Assembly (NCBI RefSeq): GCF_009914755.1
Contig: NC_060932.1
Strand: one strand, 5' to 3'
Length of the DNA stretch: 64,000 nt
From: the human T2T-CHM13v2.0 reference genome, Homo sapiens
Below are positions 29,343 to 42,809 of the stretch, one piece after another. A program made the position numbers and the translations under genes. Under the pieces are notes generated by a model. That model saw nothing but the letters and a program-made list of their open reading frames with translations, had not been told where the DNA came from and searched no databases. How positions within the stretch are numbered: the first letter of the stretch is position 1; every line of letters begins with the position of its first letter.

Positions 29343-29821
29343 TAGGGAGGCAAGATTTAGCCAATGAAATTGAGAACACATGGACACAGGAAGGGGAACA
29401 TCACACACCGGGGACGGTTGTGGGGTGGGGGGAGGACGGGGGAGGGATAGCATTAGGAGATATATCTAATGCTAAATGATGAGTTAATGGGTGCAGCACA
29501 CCAACATGGCACATGTATACATATGTAACAAACCTGCACATTGTGCACATGTACCCTAAAACTTAAAGTATAATAATAATAAAATTTAAAAAAATAAAAT
29601 AAAATAAATAAAAATAAACTGGAAACCAAAAAAAAAAAAAAACCCAAAAATAAAATCACTTTTCATGAACAGAGCAAAAGAAAAAAAAAAAAATCCAGGA
29701 CGCCCAGTTAGGTTTGCATTTCACAAAAACATTTGATGTTGCATGAAATATGTGACAAAAATGCTCGCTGTTTCTCTGAAATTCACATGTAACTGGCGTC
29801 CCAGGTTGCCTGGCAGCCCTG
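29343..29821. mobile_element. MER53 (hAT MITE) split by an L1PA insertion
   Basis: Left piece tagggaggcaagatttagccaatgaaa; right piece caggacgcccagtta...tctgaaattcacatgtaactggcgtcc...ctggcagccct. Confidence 0.7.
29371..29693 (+). mobile_element. 5'-truncated L1PA (PA3/PA4-like) 3' end with a compound tail
   Basis: tgagaacacatggacacaggaaggggaacatcacac...gtaccctaaaacttaaagtataataat; GAG rather than the L1HS-Ta ACA diagnostic. Confidence 0.92.
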
Positions 29822-29867
29822 CCCAGGAACTGCCGATGCTGTGAGCAAGAGAAACAGTAAGGCTGCT

Positions 29868-29975
29868 TTCAGGCCGCTGCTCCTGACCCCGGAGGCTTCG
29901 GGCCGCTCCCCCTGACCCCGGAGGCTTCGGGCTGCTCCCCCTGACCTCGGAGGCTTCCGGCTGCTCCCCCTGATC
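29868..29975. repeat. ~28-bp unit x~4
   Basis: gctccccctgaccccggaggcttcgg repeated. Confidence 0.8.
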
Positions 29976-30459
29976 TCAGAGGCTGTTTCAGAAAGTGAGC
30001 ACGAGGAGCAATAGCCTGAGATTTGAAGGCCACATTTTTCTAAGCTTTGTAAAATGCCCTTCACTCTGTCTTTAAAGTAGTGTTTCCTGGGTAAGCATGG
30101 TGGACATATCTTTAAGGTGTCTTTAGTATAAAACTTTATTAAGTATAGATGGTAGTGCAGGGGACCTAACGCCGCATGTATTTGGAATTTAGATCTGAAA
30201 CAGGTTGTAGAAAATATAAGTAGGTGTCACTTTTCATGCGAACAATGTTCAAGTTTCACCACAGGCAGATACGATTTCCTCTTGAAGTTAGCAGATATTT
30301 AAATAAGAAATAGTGTGCCTTTCTACTTCAGCACTTTTTAATTTTTTTTCCGAGTCCAGAAAAAATGCAAAGTTAAGTGTACGTTGCTGTTAGTCATAAC
30401 TGAATTCCTTCGGAAGATGATGTCGTAGTTTATCGGAAGGCATGGTGGTGTTTAAGCTG

Positions 30460-31400
30460 GTAAGGCCTGCGGAGCTCCGGAGCGGGACGCGAGGGGGTGA
30501 CGAGTGCACCTGGTGACTGGAGCCGGGCTCCGCTGTCGTGCGCCTTTGCAGCCATCTGTTCTGACAGAGGCACTGATTGTCATTCTTAGTTGAGTGGGGT
30601 TGCTTCATTAGTGACTTTGAGACTTTCTCTTGGCCTGATTTAAGTGACATTTAACCACTGGTAAAAATTCTGCAGACTTTAGGGGCAGCTTCTGTGGAGA
30701 CTTGATCCTCGGTCCAAAATAAAATTACGATCATTTCTATGGTTTTCAAAGAAAAGCCATTAGTAATCATTACGGCAGTGGCTGAGCGCGGCTGGTGCAC
30801 AGCTGCGAGTGAAATGGAGGAGGAAGCCAGCATTAAAACCAATCAATGTCATTGTCCTAACGGAGCAGAAATGAATCCCTAATTTAAACAGCCTTCAAAT
30901 CCTGTCATTAGGGAAGCGGCTCAAATGTAGGCTCGAGCGTGCTTTCTGTAAAAGTAAACTTTTCAAGAGTTAGAAGAATCTAGAAATGGGGCAAGCTCAG
31001 ATGGCTGAACTCTGCACTGACTCTCAGAGGGCTGCTTCTGCTGAGCGTTCCCTGTGCGTTCCGGAAGCAGCTCCTGTGGGCGACACCCGATGGGGACCGC
31101 GCTTCGCTCCGCAAACATTGTCACTGCGCCTGCGCGCTGACTCCAAGAGCCGAGGCCCACGCCTGTCCCCTCCCCCCACGAAGAGGTGCCGTGGAGCACG
31201 TGACCTGACCCCTCCTCACAGCCGGAGGCAGAGGGGCCGGGATGGACCCCCCGCCTCCCTGACTTCCAACCAGGCACCTTCCCCGGCTCCATGCTCATGG
31301 CGACGCAGCCGATTTTGCGTGAAGACCTGTGTGCTACCCATGGGAGGCCAATAAGGAGAAGGGCTGTGTACGACCACGGAGAGCTGCGGGACAGTAGGCC
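30460..31400. promoter_or_regulatory. CpG-rich patches around a non-repetitive core (candidate enhancer or CpG island)
   Basis: CpG clusters at 30460-30545 and 31040-31400. Confidence 0.4.
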
Positions 31401-31737
31401 GGAGAAAAACAGGAAGAACTGAAAGACAGGCACCTCCACACCTTTCCACACATCTTCAGAGATACATGTCAACCCGCCCTCCACCCTCCACTGCCATCCC
31501 ACCTACGCATAGGGAACAGGTAGCATTCCTTGGGGAGGATGGAAACCGAGTTCTCACCCAGGCGAGAGAAAATGCCAGGATCTCAGGGGCAGGCTGCACA
31601 GAGATTCAGCCTCAAGGGAAGTCCAGGAGGATCTGGGCAGGGCACAAGGTGACAACGAGCTCAAGCTGTGCAGGTAGAACCAGGCGGATCCGTGTAGCAA
31701 GAACTCGGGGAGAAGAGGCAGTGCCCTAGGAACCCAG

Positions 31738-32003
31738 ATGGCTGCCTTCATCTCCGCAGCTCTGAGACGCGCCTCCATGGATGGAGCGCATAGAGGGCTG
31801 CTTTCATCTCCGCAGCTCTGAGACACGCCTCTGTGGACGGAGGGCACAGACGGCTGCCTCCATCTCCGTGGCTTTCAGACACGCCTCTGTGGACCCAGCG
31901 TGTAGACATCTGCCTCCATCTCCGCAGCTCTGAGACGTGCCTCTGTGGACCGAGCGCATAGACCGCTGCCTCCATCTCCCTGGCTTTCAGACACGCCTCT
32001 GCG
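31738..32003. repeat. Minisatellite, 56-bp unit x~5
   Basis: catctcc at 31749, 31805, 31861, 31917 and 31973. Confidence 0.9.
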
Positions 32004-33000
32004 AGCCCAGTGCATCCCTGGATGAGAATGAAGCAACGGAATGGGACAGTTAGAGGGACGGACCCCAGGGAAGACCCAGAGACACACCTGAACGTGTGTG
32101 GGAGCCGCGAGGGTCCTGGTGAAGTTTCCCAGATTCTGAACGTTGGTTTAATGGTGAAGGCTTCACATTCTAATCCTCCTGTAAGCAAAGGTGTCCATCA
32201 GCTAGGAAAACGTCCTATCGGCAATGAAAAGAAGTAAGTGTGCTTTTCAGAAATGGAAGGGAAGCAAGCCCACTGCCTGCTGCCATCTCCCTGGGCAGCG
32301 GCTGGCTCCTGTAGAGAAGCTGGGGCGGGCGGTGGGCACGTCAGGGGTAGATGCGGAAGGGGTGGACGCGGCACGACCCTGCTTCTTACCCTGATTCTTC
32401 CTAGGCAGTGCTGACAGCATCTGTTTTATGGTTTGGGGTTTTGTGTCCATTTCATTTCGAAAAAGGCCTGTACTATAAAAAGTGCAGTGTGGACTCACAA
32501 GACTGGTGGGAACGTGTTGTATCTCCTGACCACGGAGGGGCTGGCCTGCCATGCCAGGAGGACGCAGGGCCCCTGCCCTCCCATTCTGCATCGGGGGGGG
32601 CAGTAGGATGAACCCATAAACACATAACAAACACTCTGCAGGGCAGGAAAGGCTGCAGGGCCCACACACAGTGGACGAAAGTGGGTCATGTCCTTCTCTT
32701 GGTGTTTATGAGGTGATAATACTATTGTTTCCTTTTCCATCAAGAAATCCAGTCTTTTCTTATGAGCAATTTCCCTTCTCATGTGTGAACCTGGTTTTTC
32801 CTTCTAATACTTTGAAGGCTTAACTGCTTCCTTTTGCTTCCGCATTAGCATGATTTGGAGACAACTTCCCCCTGAGAAGACGCAATTGTGCTTTGAGTTT
32901 AAAAACCTGTCAATTTAAAGTGTGCATTTCCTCCTCTTTCTTCCCAAACCTTGCAGTTGGCATTCACGGGGCAGGTCTTTAAGAAATGAGGGGCCACTTG

Positions 33001-33450
<450 letters not shown>

Positions 33451-33619
33451 TCAATTTCTGCATCCACAGAACTAGAGATGATCACTCCTGGCGTAATGAC
33501 AGAGTGGTAGGGTGTTAGAGTGAGGTCCCGAGATATGCCTGTTGGCAAATGTACCTTTAAATCCTCATACGTGCCATTTTTCTTCATCAATTCTCCATAA
33601 TGAGGCATTGCCAGGACCG

Positions 33620-33634
33620 ACACCAGGTGGCAGC
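33620..33634 (+). promoter_or_regulatory. Candidate CTCF motif
   Basis: aCACCAGGTGGCAGC, one mismatch to CCASYAGRKGGCRS. Confidence 0.35.
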
Positions 33635-35469
33635 TCAGCCCCTGGCGGTCTTGGTGCCCTCCCTTCCCTGCCAAGATCAGACGGGGGCCAGCGTCAAGGT
33701 CAATGGAGTCCTGTGGGTTCATCGTGTCGTCTTCCAGGCAAGTTGCCTGCTCGTGTGGTGGCCGTGCTGGGTCTGAACCTGTGGCCTTCCCATTGCAGGA
33801 GAAGCGACACCAGACAGCCAGTGCCAGCGTGCCAGGGCTGGCTCAGATGCCCGGCAGCTGTGGGGGAAGCATTGTCTCCACTTCCAGGACAAGGAGAGGC
33901 AGCCGAGGACGTTTACTGTCCCGTGTTACCCGGCCACACACCCCAGGGCCCTTTCTCTTCCCCTTCTGCTGTGCTGCTCTGAGCCGGAGACTGAGCCGGC
34001 CAGGGCAGCCGAGGCCAAGAGTGGCGCTGCTGAGGGGCCGCCATCATGAGGGGTCAGAATGTGGTGGGTGAGCCAGGACTGCGCTGGCCCGGCGAGGTCG
34101 GTGTGCTGAGACCACAGTGTGCTCGGGTCACAGTGGTGATTGAAACGTTTGCCTCTGCACCTACTGGGAAGCCTCTTCCTGGAGGACCCTGGCTTTGATC
34201 TGTGGTTGTGCTGACGTGGACATCTTTGCCTCGCAGGATGCAGATTGCAGACGCTCATCGTCTCGCAGGCAGCTCCAGCTCGAGTGGTGGCCGTGCTGGG
34301 TCTGTGCCCGGGGCCTTCCCCCGTATGCTTTCGCTTTCTAGTGTCTGCGATGACGTGCGATTCACTAATCACCCGGACTCAGCGCATCTCTATGTTAAAT
34401 AGCGCGTGTCCATCTGCAAAGCACACGACAGCCCCTGCGGCCACTGGGTGCCGGCGCCCAGCCTGTCCCGAGAGCCTCTGACAGCCAAGGATTGGCCCAG
34501 GTGTGGCTGATGGATGAAACAAGACTGTGAGTATTCCCAGGCAGTGACGTGGGGCCCCCGGCACGGTTCTCCTTCGAGTGCCCAGAAACACAAGCCTGCC
34601 TGATACATAGAGAATGTAAAACGCCCACTGGCTTCCCTGAAAGTCAGGTTTCTTCTTGCAAGTAAGTCTACCCTAAGGCTATATGGTCCATCGGTCACTC
34701 ACCTGCCCACAATCATTTCTTTCCTCTCTTCTGCCTCTTCATTGGCAGAGTGTTCTGCCTCCCTCCATCATCACTCAGGAGAGCCCTGTTGCAGGTCAGT
34801 GCAGAATCTCTACATGAGACATTGCGGTGTCGGTGGAAGCATCACAGGGCCTCGTGGGGGCGCCGAGAGGAGTGCATGGGGGTCGGAACCTGCAGGTCTG
34901 TCTGCGCCTCTGTCCTCTGAGTATGCGCTCTGCCTCTCTGGTGCTGATTTCCTCACTTTCTGGAAGGTGTTGATGATGCAGCCACCTGGGCCCGGGCCTC
35001 TGAGGACCGGTTCTGGGAAGCATCCTGCTTCCTTCCCTTCTCAAGGCGCACTGCCCGAGTCTCCCTTCCAGGAAGTGTGAGCAGCTTGTGACATTGAGAC
35101 GACTCATCACTGAGCAAAGGAAGGCAAACGTGGCGCACCCAGCACAGTGATCACGGCGCCCTATGTTTGATTAAGGGCCATCACAGACCCTCTCAGATCC
35201 ACCCAGACCCCTCTGGGCCACAGGGGAGCAGGACAGCCATTTCTCTGAAGCTCAAGGGTGATCAGAGATGTTAGAAAGTGCGCCTGTGTTGTGTGTTCAC
35301 TCGGGACAGGTCCACGCTCTCCAGGCGGCACCCGAGGCACCGCACACGCCATCCGCACGTTCGCTGCTGTGCCCAGAGGTGTGCGTTGCTGGAGGAGGGT
35401 TGGGTGTTGACTCCAAGGAAGCACCAGGGCACAGAATAGCCAGACGACCTTGCTACAGCTCCCCCAAGA

Positions 35470-35577
35470 TGGTTTACGGGGTCTCCAGTCACACGTTGTG
35501 GAGTATGGTTTACATGGTCTCCAGTCACACGTTATGGAATATGGTTTACGGGGTCTCCAGGTCACACGTTATGGAGC
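35470..35577. repeat. 36-bp unit x3
   Basis: tggtttac...gtctccagtcacacgtt(g/a)tgga repeated. Confidence 0.85.
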
Positions 35578-36297
35578 ACTGCCTTCATCAAGCTCCAGCA
35601 GATGAGAAAGGTGACTCCTAAAGTACGTTCTGCCAGAGGGACCCTAAGCAAGGGGTCTGAGTGAGGAAGCCCCACCCGGAGTTGCCGCGGTGAAAGACTG
35701 TTTCTCCAGTGAAGACAGATGTGCATTCCCACGCGTGAATGGATGATTCCCAAGACTTCTCAGTCAAAGGCACGTTTTGTTTTGGCGATGGAAATGTGAG
35801 GTCAGAGGTCGGCGCTGTCAGTTTCACAGCACCGATCAGCCTCACACATGGGATGGGATAGCGTCCAGCCTCTCCCTGGGAGGTATTCAGTTTGGACCAT
35901 GGGAAGTAAAGAGGCTAGGTGGAGGAAGCTTACGGTCACGTGATTTCAGAACGTCTCAGAGCGCAGAGAGAGCTGTAGTTGTATGACAGCAGCCAACGTT
36001 GGCTTCCTAGGCCAGGCGGCCCATCTTTCCAATGACTGGTGGAGCAAATGGTTCTCCTCCCTTATACGAGGAGGCCAGGAGAGAGAGATCTACCAGAAGA
36101 AGGAGGATTTCCTTGTCTCTTTAAGCATAGATAAGGGCATTTCTGAGGTCGCTGAGATGGTAATTAGCATTTCTCCCATGCTGTCCCAGATGCGGAAGAT
36201 GTAAGGAAGAACATGGCTCTACCTATGGCCTGTCCAGGCGAACAGGGTTCTTGCCTAGTGAGGGTTCTGAACTGGGGGTGGGAACGTGGTAGAAGTA

Positions 36298-37357
36298 CGG
36301 TAGTCCCCGCTGTCCACGGGGACATGTTCCAAGACCCCTAGCAGATGCCTGAAACCTCAGCCAGTACCAACACTTGTAGGTAGATTTTTCCTGTTGTCGA
36401 CAAAAAGAGTTGAACTCTGTAAAGTATTTTGAAGGGGTTTATTCTGAGCCAAAGATGAATGACCCACAGCCCGTGGCACAGCCCTCAGGAGATCCTGAGA
36501 ACATGTGTCCAGTGTGGTCAAGATACAGCTTTTGGTTTTATACACTTTAGGGAGACATAAGCCATTGGTCACTACCTGTAGATGTACCTTGGTTGGGTCT
36601 GGAAAGGCAGGACAACTGGAAGTGAGGCCTCCCAAGTCATTATGGAGTCAAACATTTTCCGATTGGCCATTGGTTGAAAGAGTTAAATTATTGTCTGAAG
36701 ACCTAGAATTCATAGAAAGCGATGTCTGGGTGAAGATAAGGGGTTGTGGAGATGCAGTTCCCACCGTGCAGAGGAAGCCTCCAGGCAGCAGGCTGCAAAG
36801 AGGATGGATGGTAAGTGTTTCTTATCAGAGTCAATTCTCTCCTGGATCTGGGAAAAGGAAGGAAAAAGAAGGGAATTCTCTTCAGAATGTAGATTTTCCT
36901 GCACTATTTCAAGATACGGCAAAATAAATAAAAAAAAAAAAATTACACATTCGGGATGGAAATATTTTTATTTTGTTCTTTATCTGTCACGTGATGTGCC
37001 CGAGTCAGGTTGGAAAGTGAGCCATGTTATGTAGGGTAAAGAAAACCCCTCTAATGAGACTCCGTGGTTTGTAGGGCATGACTCCCCAGGCCCCTTGGAT
37101 GGGAATTTGGGCAAGAGCAGAAGAAAGCCAGAGTGCAGAGCTCACTGTGTCTGTGCAGCCGTGATAAAGCTCAGCACATACGTTAAGCACAGTAAGAGAG
37201 TAACCTGAATAACTGTAATGAAATCGGCATTTATAACAATCTACTTTAATAAAACGTATGTGAATGTGGTCTCTGTTTCTCTCTCAAAGCAGCTTATTTC
37301 ATACCTCAGTGACTGAAGCCACAGGAAGAGAACCTCCAAGAAGGGGGTGCTGCCCTG
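36298..37357. mobile_element. MER44/Tigger7-type DNA transposon split by an LTR
   Basis: Left end ta-cggtagtcccc...gttccaagacccc..gatgcctgaaacc; resumes at ~37149 (gcacagtaagaga...tatgtgaatgtggtctct) and ends aaggggg...ctg-ta. Confidence 0.7.
36395..37144 (-). mobile_element. MER4-family (ERV1) solo LTR with 4-bp TSD
   Basis: TG...CA ends; TSD CTGT at 36391-36394 and 37145-37148; MER4 motif tttattctgagccaaa...cagccctcaggagatcctgagaacatgtg. Confidence 0.85.
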
Positions 37358-38827
37358 TACAAAATGTAGGCTGAAAATACAAAGCCTCGTTAGATAAGGA
37401 AGGATGGTACCCACAGTTATACTGACACACATGCTGCATTAAGCTCTCCCAGCTAGAAGGCCACACCGCACTCGGAAACCTTCCATGCATGTACCCTCAG
37501 CCCATGCTGGATTGTTAACTTTGAACGGTGTCACCTGAGCCACACAGCTTCCAGACCTCCTGTTCTCTCATCTGATAAACAGCAAGGGCGGGTGGGAGGA
37601 GATCAGGCAAGGAAGCGTTTGTACTCCTGCAATTCAAGGCTGACCTTCAAACGTCCCCACTCCTCATTCTTGGAGTGCTGTTCTCAAGATAATTAGGTGT
37701 GTTCCTCCAGCAAATCGCAGGCTTCCGATACCAAGCTTGTGCTCTGTGTGAAGCACGTGGCTTTGCTAAACTCCATGCCTGTTGCTGCTGGTGTTGTTAG
37801 CGGAGTGCTCATGCTTGTCATTGCAACTGGGTGATGTTGGCCCATCCTTCAAGTCCGCCCTGTGAGAGCCCCTGCCTTGTCTCTGTGTGCATGTGTGCTG
37901 AAAGTCTGGTGTAAGGAGGGCTGAGGTTGAAGGGCCCATTGTTTTAGTTCATCCCCAAATTCCTTTCTCACACAGCTGGACGCTCTGTTCTCACATTACT
38001 CACACAGATGACGATGGTCTCCATGGAAACTGTAGTTAATTAGAGCTGTCCATCATATTTCTACATGAATGAGACCATTCCAGTCTGTGGTTTTATGTTA
38101 TACTTAATGTGGACATTTGGCAGATGTATTTCATTAGCTGAAAAACGCAGCTTAAACTATGCAAAAAGTGCTGTTAGCCTTGAAGAAATGGGGTTATGTT
38201 AAATCATTTGAGCTGTCTTGTAAGATACTTAACTTAATTCAGATAGCTATTTCTTATACATGTGTGTTTTTTTAAAAGCTGTAACTGGGAGATCCCATGA
38301 AATGAACTCTTAGTTCACATTTACCTGAGAGGCGACCGTATCCTCTTCATCAGCATCTCACATTCCAAATCTGTCATCTTCCTTTCCCAAACCTCTACGA
38401 ACTTATTGAAAATGGCAGATGCCGATTTGTTGAATCAGAGATGGTGATTGCAGTGTAAGTGGCTCCAGCATCACACTCTGAAATAAATCCGTTTGCAGAC
38501 TACAGCCTGGCTAACTGCATCTAACACTTGGGTGGGGGGGGTGGGGGCAAATGTGAGATGTGCCTCAAAGCCTGTCCATGAATATTGGAAACCCACATAT
38601 GTGTGTGAATACATGCCTAGAGTCTGAACATGCAATCATATTTATATTTGGGGCATATATGCCAAAATGGTGACAAAGATGTGTGTACGCACATGTGTCA
38701 TCATTCTGATACCCCATAAATAACATGTTTACATGCACATGTAACGTGGTGCCAAATTCTCCCTTATCTGATGCTCCCTGCCCCCCTCCTCAGGCCACTC
38801 CCCACACCACTCACTGTGGCTGGTGTC

Positions 38828-39115
38828 GGGCAGAGCCTCCCTGAGATCCAGCTGTGTCTACACTGCCTCTGCAGCCAGGTAGAAACCAAGGCAGCCTGGA
38901 GAGTCGGCACCTGGTTTCCTGGGCAGAGCCTCCCTGAGATCCAGCTGTGTCTGCACTGCCTCTGCAGCCAGGTAGAAACCAAGGCAGCCTGGAGAGTCGG
39001 CACCTGGTTTCCTGGGCAGAGCCTCCCTGAGATCCAGCTGTGTCTGCACTGCCTCTGCAGCCTGGTAGAAACCAAGGCAGCCTGGAGAGTCGGCACCTGG
39101 TTTCCTGGGCAGAGC
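38828..39115. repeat. Minisatellite, 93-bp unit x3
   Basis: gggcagagcctccctgagatccagc at 38828, 38921 and 39014. Confidence 0.95.
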
Positions 39116-39915
39116 CCACTGGGAGGAGAGCTACGGGATGATGCTCAGTCCAGCTCCTCAGGGACCAGTTAAATCAAGTGACAAGCTTGTCTGTCTCCCC
39201 AGTTCCCTGTTGCCCCACACATGGAGGGAAGACAGTGCTCAGTGACCCCAAGACCTTTTACAGCCACATGCTGATGTCATTCTAAGAAAGTGATGTCTGC
39301 TTTTGTGTTAGCACAGATCGAACAATGGAAAATCAATGCCAGTGACCTGGGTGATCTCCCAACAGAGGGAAATTAAATCAGCGTTTTGGTCAAAGTGGAC
39401 CTAATATGAACTAATATTAAGCACTAAGATCACAAATGCAGGCTTTGAACATTGCAAAATGAGGCTTCGAATGGCATGAAGCTTTCTAGACCGGAAGGAA
39501 AGTCTTTCTCATGGGCGATGCAGGGCCCTCATGGGACTCACCCAGCTGGAAGGAACCGGGGAAAATTAGAGTGGACTGATTTTACTCAAGTCTGTTCCAA
39601 TGCAAATAAGGCCTAATAAATTTGAAGTTAGGCCAGAGTTAAAGCTGAGAATCATTGGGACTCACTGCCTATGTCCGTGTCTAGGTGGGAGAAATACGTG
39701 CATCTGTGGTCACAATGCTGCTTTACAGAAAACACTGGTTGTTCCTGAGGTTATTGGCACAAAATGCTGGGCTCTGAGCGGTGACGTTTGAAGAAATACA
39801 AAGGTGTCTGTCATGTTTGAACTGTTGAGTGTGGAGGGTTTTGAAGATGTGCAGGGAATGACTGCAGTCTACACCAGAAACGCATTAAAGAGTGACTTTG
39901 TTTCTGTCTTTGCAG

Positions 39916-39981
39916 AGGAAGAAGCTGGAGACTTGGTCCAGCCGGGCATCAGCTTTCCGGGGCCGGCAGAGGAGGATCTAG
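39916..39981 (+). CDS. DLGAP2: Internal coding exon of Disks large-associated protein 2 (SAPAP2), N-terminal region; 66 nt, phase 1-1
   Basis: Acceptor tttgtttctgtctttgcag| and donor CTAG|gtagag. Translation (G)AG GAA GAA GCT... = EEEAGDLVQPGISFPGPAEEDL(D) matches my recollection of the human DLGAP2 N-terminus (...CGEPEEEEAGDLVQPGISFPGPAEEDLDPQYSW...). Confidence 0.95.
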   Translation, partial: RKKLETWSSRASAFRGRQRRI

Positions 39982-41714
39982 GTAGAGTACAGACGTCAGC
40001 CCCGCTCTGGCGGGGCCCGGACAGAACCGGGCATGCTCCGGGCACCTCCCATCATGCGGACCGTCCCACAAACACACGTTAGCATGTTTAGAAAGGGAGC
40101 TAAGAAGAACTAAGTACAATGCGGCACTTTTTTCCAAAAATAATAGTTTTTAAGCATTACGGAAGTGCTAGGTGAGGAAGGGCTGCTCCTGGCCCTCAGG
40201 AACTGAGGCAGCCGTTCACATAAACGATGCATGTCTCCAGAGGTGAAGGACCCCTCCTTCCCTTGCTCCTCTGTGTCTAAACATATTCTAAGCAAACTCA
40301 GGAAGCAGGGTGTTCCCGCATTTGCATTTTTCATGTAGACCTTCCTTGGCAGGAAGCAGCTCATCTCTCCAGCTGGCCCCACACACTGGGGTCTGGATGC
40401 TGAGTATGACTGTGCGCTTCCTTCCAAGGGCCCTGCGAGAGGCTGCCACGACACACTTTCCCCGATGCTGGTTCAAATCACGTGGAAATTTCATTTCTGA
40501 GCTGCCACCAGCACAGCAAAGCTGGTGCCATATTTGCCATCAGTCTTTTGACATGGAGCTATGCTTACAAGAACAAGGCCCAATGCTTCTGTTAAAGATG
40601 TGAAATGTTGAATACATCTGACATCAAACTGTTGAATAAAATCAACGTCAAACCACAGCTGAAGACGGAAGCCCCATCAGTGGCTCTGTCTGTGGTTATT
40701 CTCTAACCTAAAAGAGGTTTGTTGCTGTCTGTGGTTATTCTCTAACCTAAAAGATTGTCAGCCTCTTTCTCAAGCCACTGACAGCTGTCTGCAGTGACAG
40801 CACTCAGGGCTGGGTCTCGGATCATAAGTTCAATTTATATTTAAATGTACATTTTTAAAAACGTATTTCAGACTTTTAGCCAGTGCATCTATTGCTGGTT
40901 TGATTTGCCTAAAGAATAATATCGAAAATTGAAGGAGTCCACTTTGTATAAAGCTGTGATTTTTGTTAAAGAAAACTACAGCCAAAAAGTGTTTGCTTTT
41001 CAATATAAGATGATGGAAATGGGTAGAGTTCTAAAGGATGACCGTCCATTATCCACTGCAACTGAGTCCTAGATTTGTTGCTAACTGACGTTCTACACAG
41101 CCTTTCTTCACTCGGAAATAGACGAGTGAAAGTATTTCGACTTCTCATTAGGAAGGAACAGTGGCTATCATGTTTGAATAATTATGCATCTGTTTTTTTA
41201 AACCTCAGTCTGGCAATACTCCATCGCGATGAATCTTCACTACTCAGCCTGCCTGGGGAGGCTTCCAAATGCACGGGACTCATTTGACGTTTGTTTTCTT
41301 GAGGCTTTGGAGGTAGCTCAGCTGCCTTTGCACTGTCTCTGGACAATGTTAATGTCATAGTTGTGTCTATTCCAGTTCTTCTCCATAGCAGCGGCGCCCA
41401 CGTGCCCCAGGGGCCTTCTCTGGGGCAGCAGGAGGTACCTGGGGTGGTTCTGCTTGGGCTCAGGCACAGTGAAAAGAACCTGGAGGCTGGAGCAGGGGGC
41501 ACAGAACTGAAACAAGAGTGCAGGAGTCACTCTGGGGAGGCCAGCTTTGCCTGGATTCTGACCCTGGACTCCGTGGTTGAGAGTTTGTTTGTTCTGCAGC
41601 CACACAAGTGAGCATCGAGGGATGAGGCTGGGGGGCGAAGGAGGCAGAATGTCACATGGGTGGCTTGGTGAAGGCTGGATTGTAGGGACAGAAAGCATTT
41701 TTTCATCTTAGCCC

Positions 41715-42250
41715 TTTGTAAGTAAGTTCAACAGCATTAAATGCATTCATGTTGCTGTATAGCCGTCAGCACCTCTGTCTCTAGAACTTTTTCCTCTTCT
41801 GCAAGTAAAACTCTGTCCCCATGAAACACTCAGTCCCTTTCCCCTCCCCAGCCCTGGAACCCCCATTCTGCTTTCTGTCTCTGAAACTGACTCCTCCAGG
41901 GCCCTCCTAGAAGTGGAACCACACAGGATTTGTTGTTTTGTGACTGCTCATTTCACATGGGGTAATGTCTTCTTGTTACTGCATGTATCAATGTGTCACA
42001 CGCCCTTTCTGTTGAAGGCTGAGCCACACTGCACTTTGTGGATGGACCACACTGGTTTCCATTCCTCCGTGGACAGACCCCGGGTCGCTTCTCCTTGGCC
42101 AGTGTGAATGGTACTGCTGTGAACACGGAGTGCAGCTCTCTCTCCACGTCACTGTTTTCGGTTCATTTGGGTAAATGTCCAGAAGTGGAATTGGTGGATC
42201 CCATGGTGAAGCGATGCTTCCTCGTTTTGAGGAACCTCCACACTGCTTAG
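41715..42250 (-). mobile_element. L1MB-like 3' fragment
   Basis: gcattaaatgcattcatgttg...ctagaactttttc...aaactctgtccccatgaaac...ttttgaggaacctcca. Confidence 0.75.
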
Positions 42251-42809
42251 GGACAGGGTGTGCTTTGCGAGCTGCCTCTACAGTCTTGCCATGGGGTGGG
42301 GGTTGGCCATTGTAAGAATGAGAAGGGTCAGATGTTAGAAGCTCTGGAAAGAAGGAAATGAGAGAATTTGGTGACGGTTGGCTGAGAGGACCCTCAAACA
42401 CGTGCCTGGCTTTCCCCTCTTGGGGTGGTACGTGGGTGGAGGACTCTGGAGGGAGAGGGAGGAACTGCTGTAGCCATCTGGTGAGCCCAGGGACCTGAAG
42501 CAGCCAGGTGCAGGCACACGGTGACCTGGAGTCACAAGATTTGTGCAGAAGTGCACCTCGTGAGGAAGGTGGACGCATTGGTTCCAGGGAGGCCTTTTAG
42601 CCCATTCGTGCAAATATTAGGTCTTGACCCTGGTTCTATGTCAGTCAGGATCACTTGGGGAAAGTTTAAAAACATACCAGTGCCCAGGCCCCACCTGATG
42701 TATTTGTCTGAGAAAGGACTTGGCCATTGTCGTCTTTAAAAGTTCTTTACCTGATGCTTTTTTTTTTAATGGAAGAAACGCTTCTTGTTTTACTTTAAAA
42801 ATATTTTTT

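Noticed and set aside
33720-34320. Two similar ~60-bp segments about 530 bp apart (gtggtggccgtgctgggtctg)
   Set aside because: Probably a decayed local duplication; no terminal-repeat or TSD structure to suggest an element.
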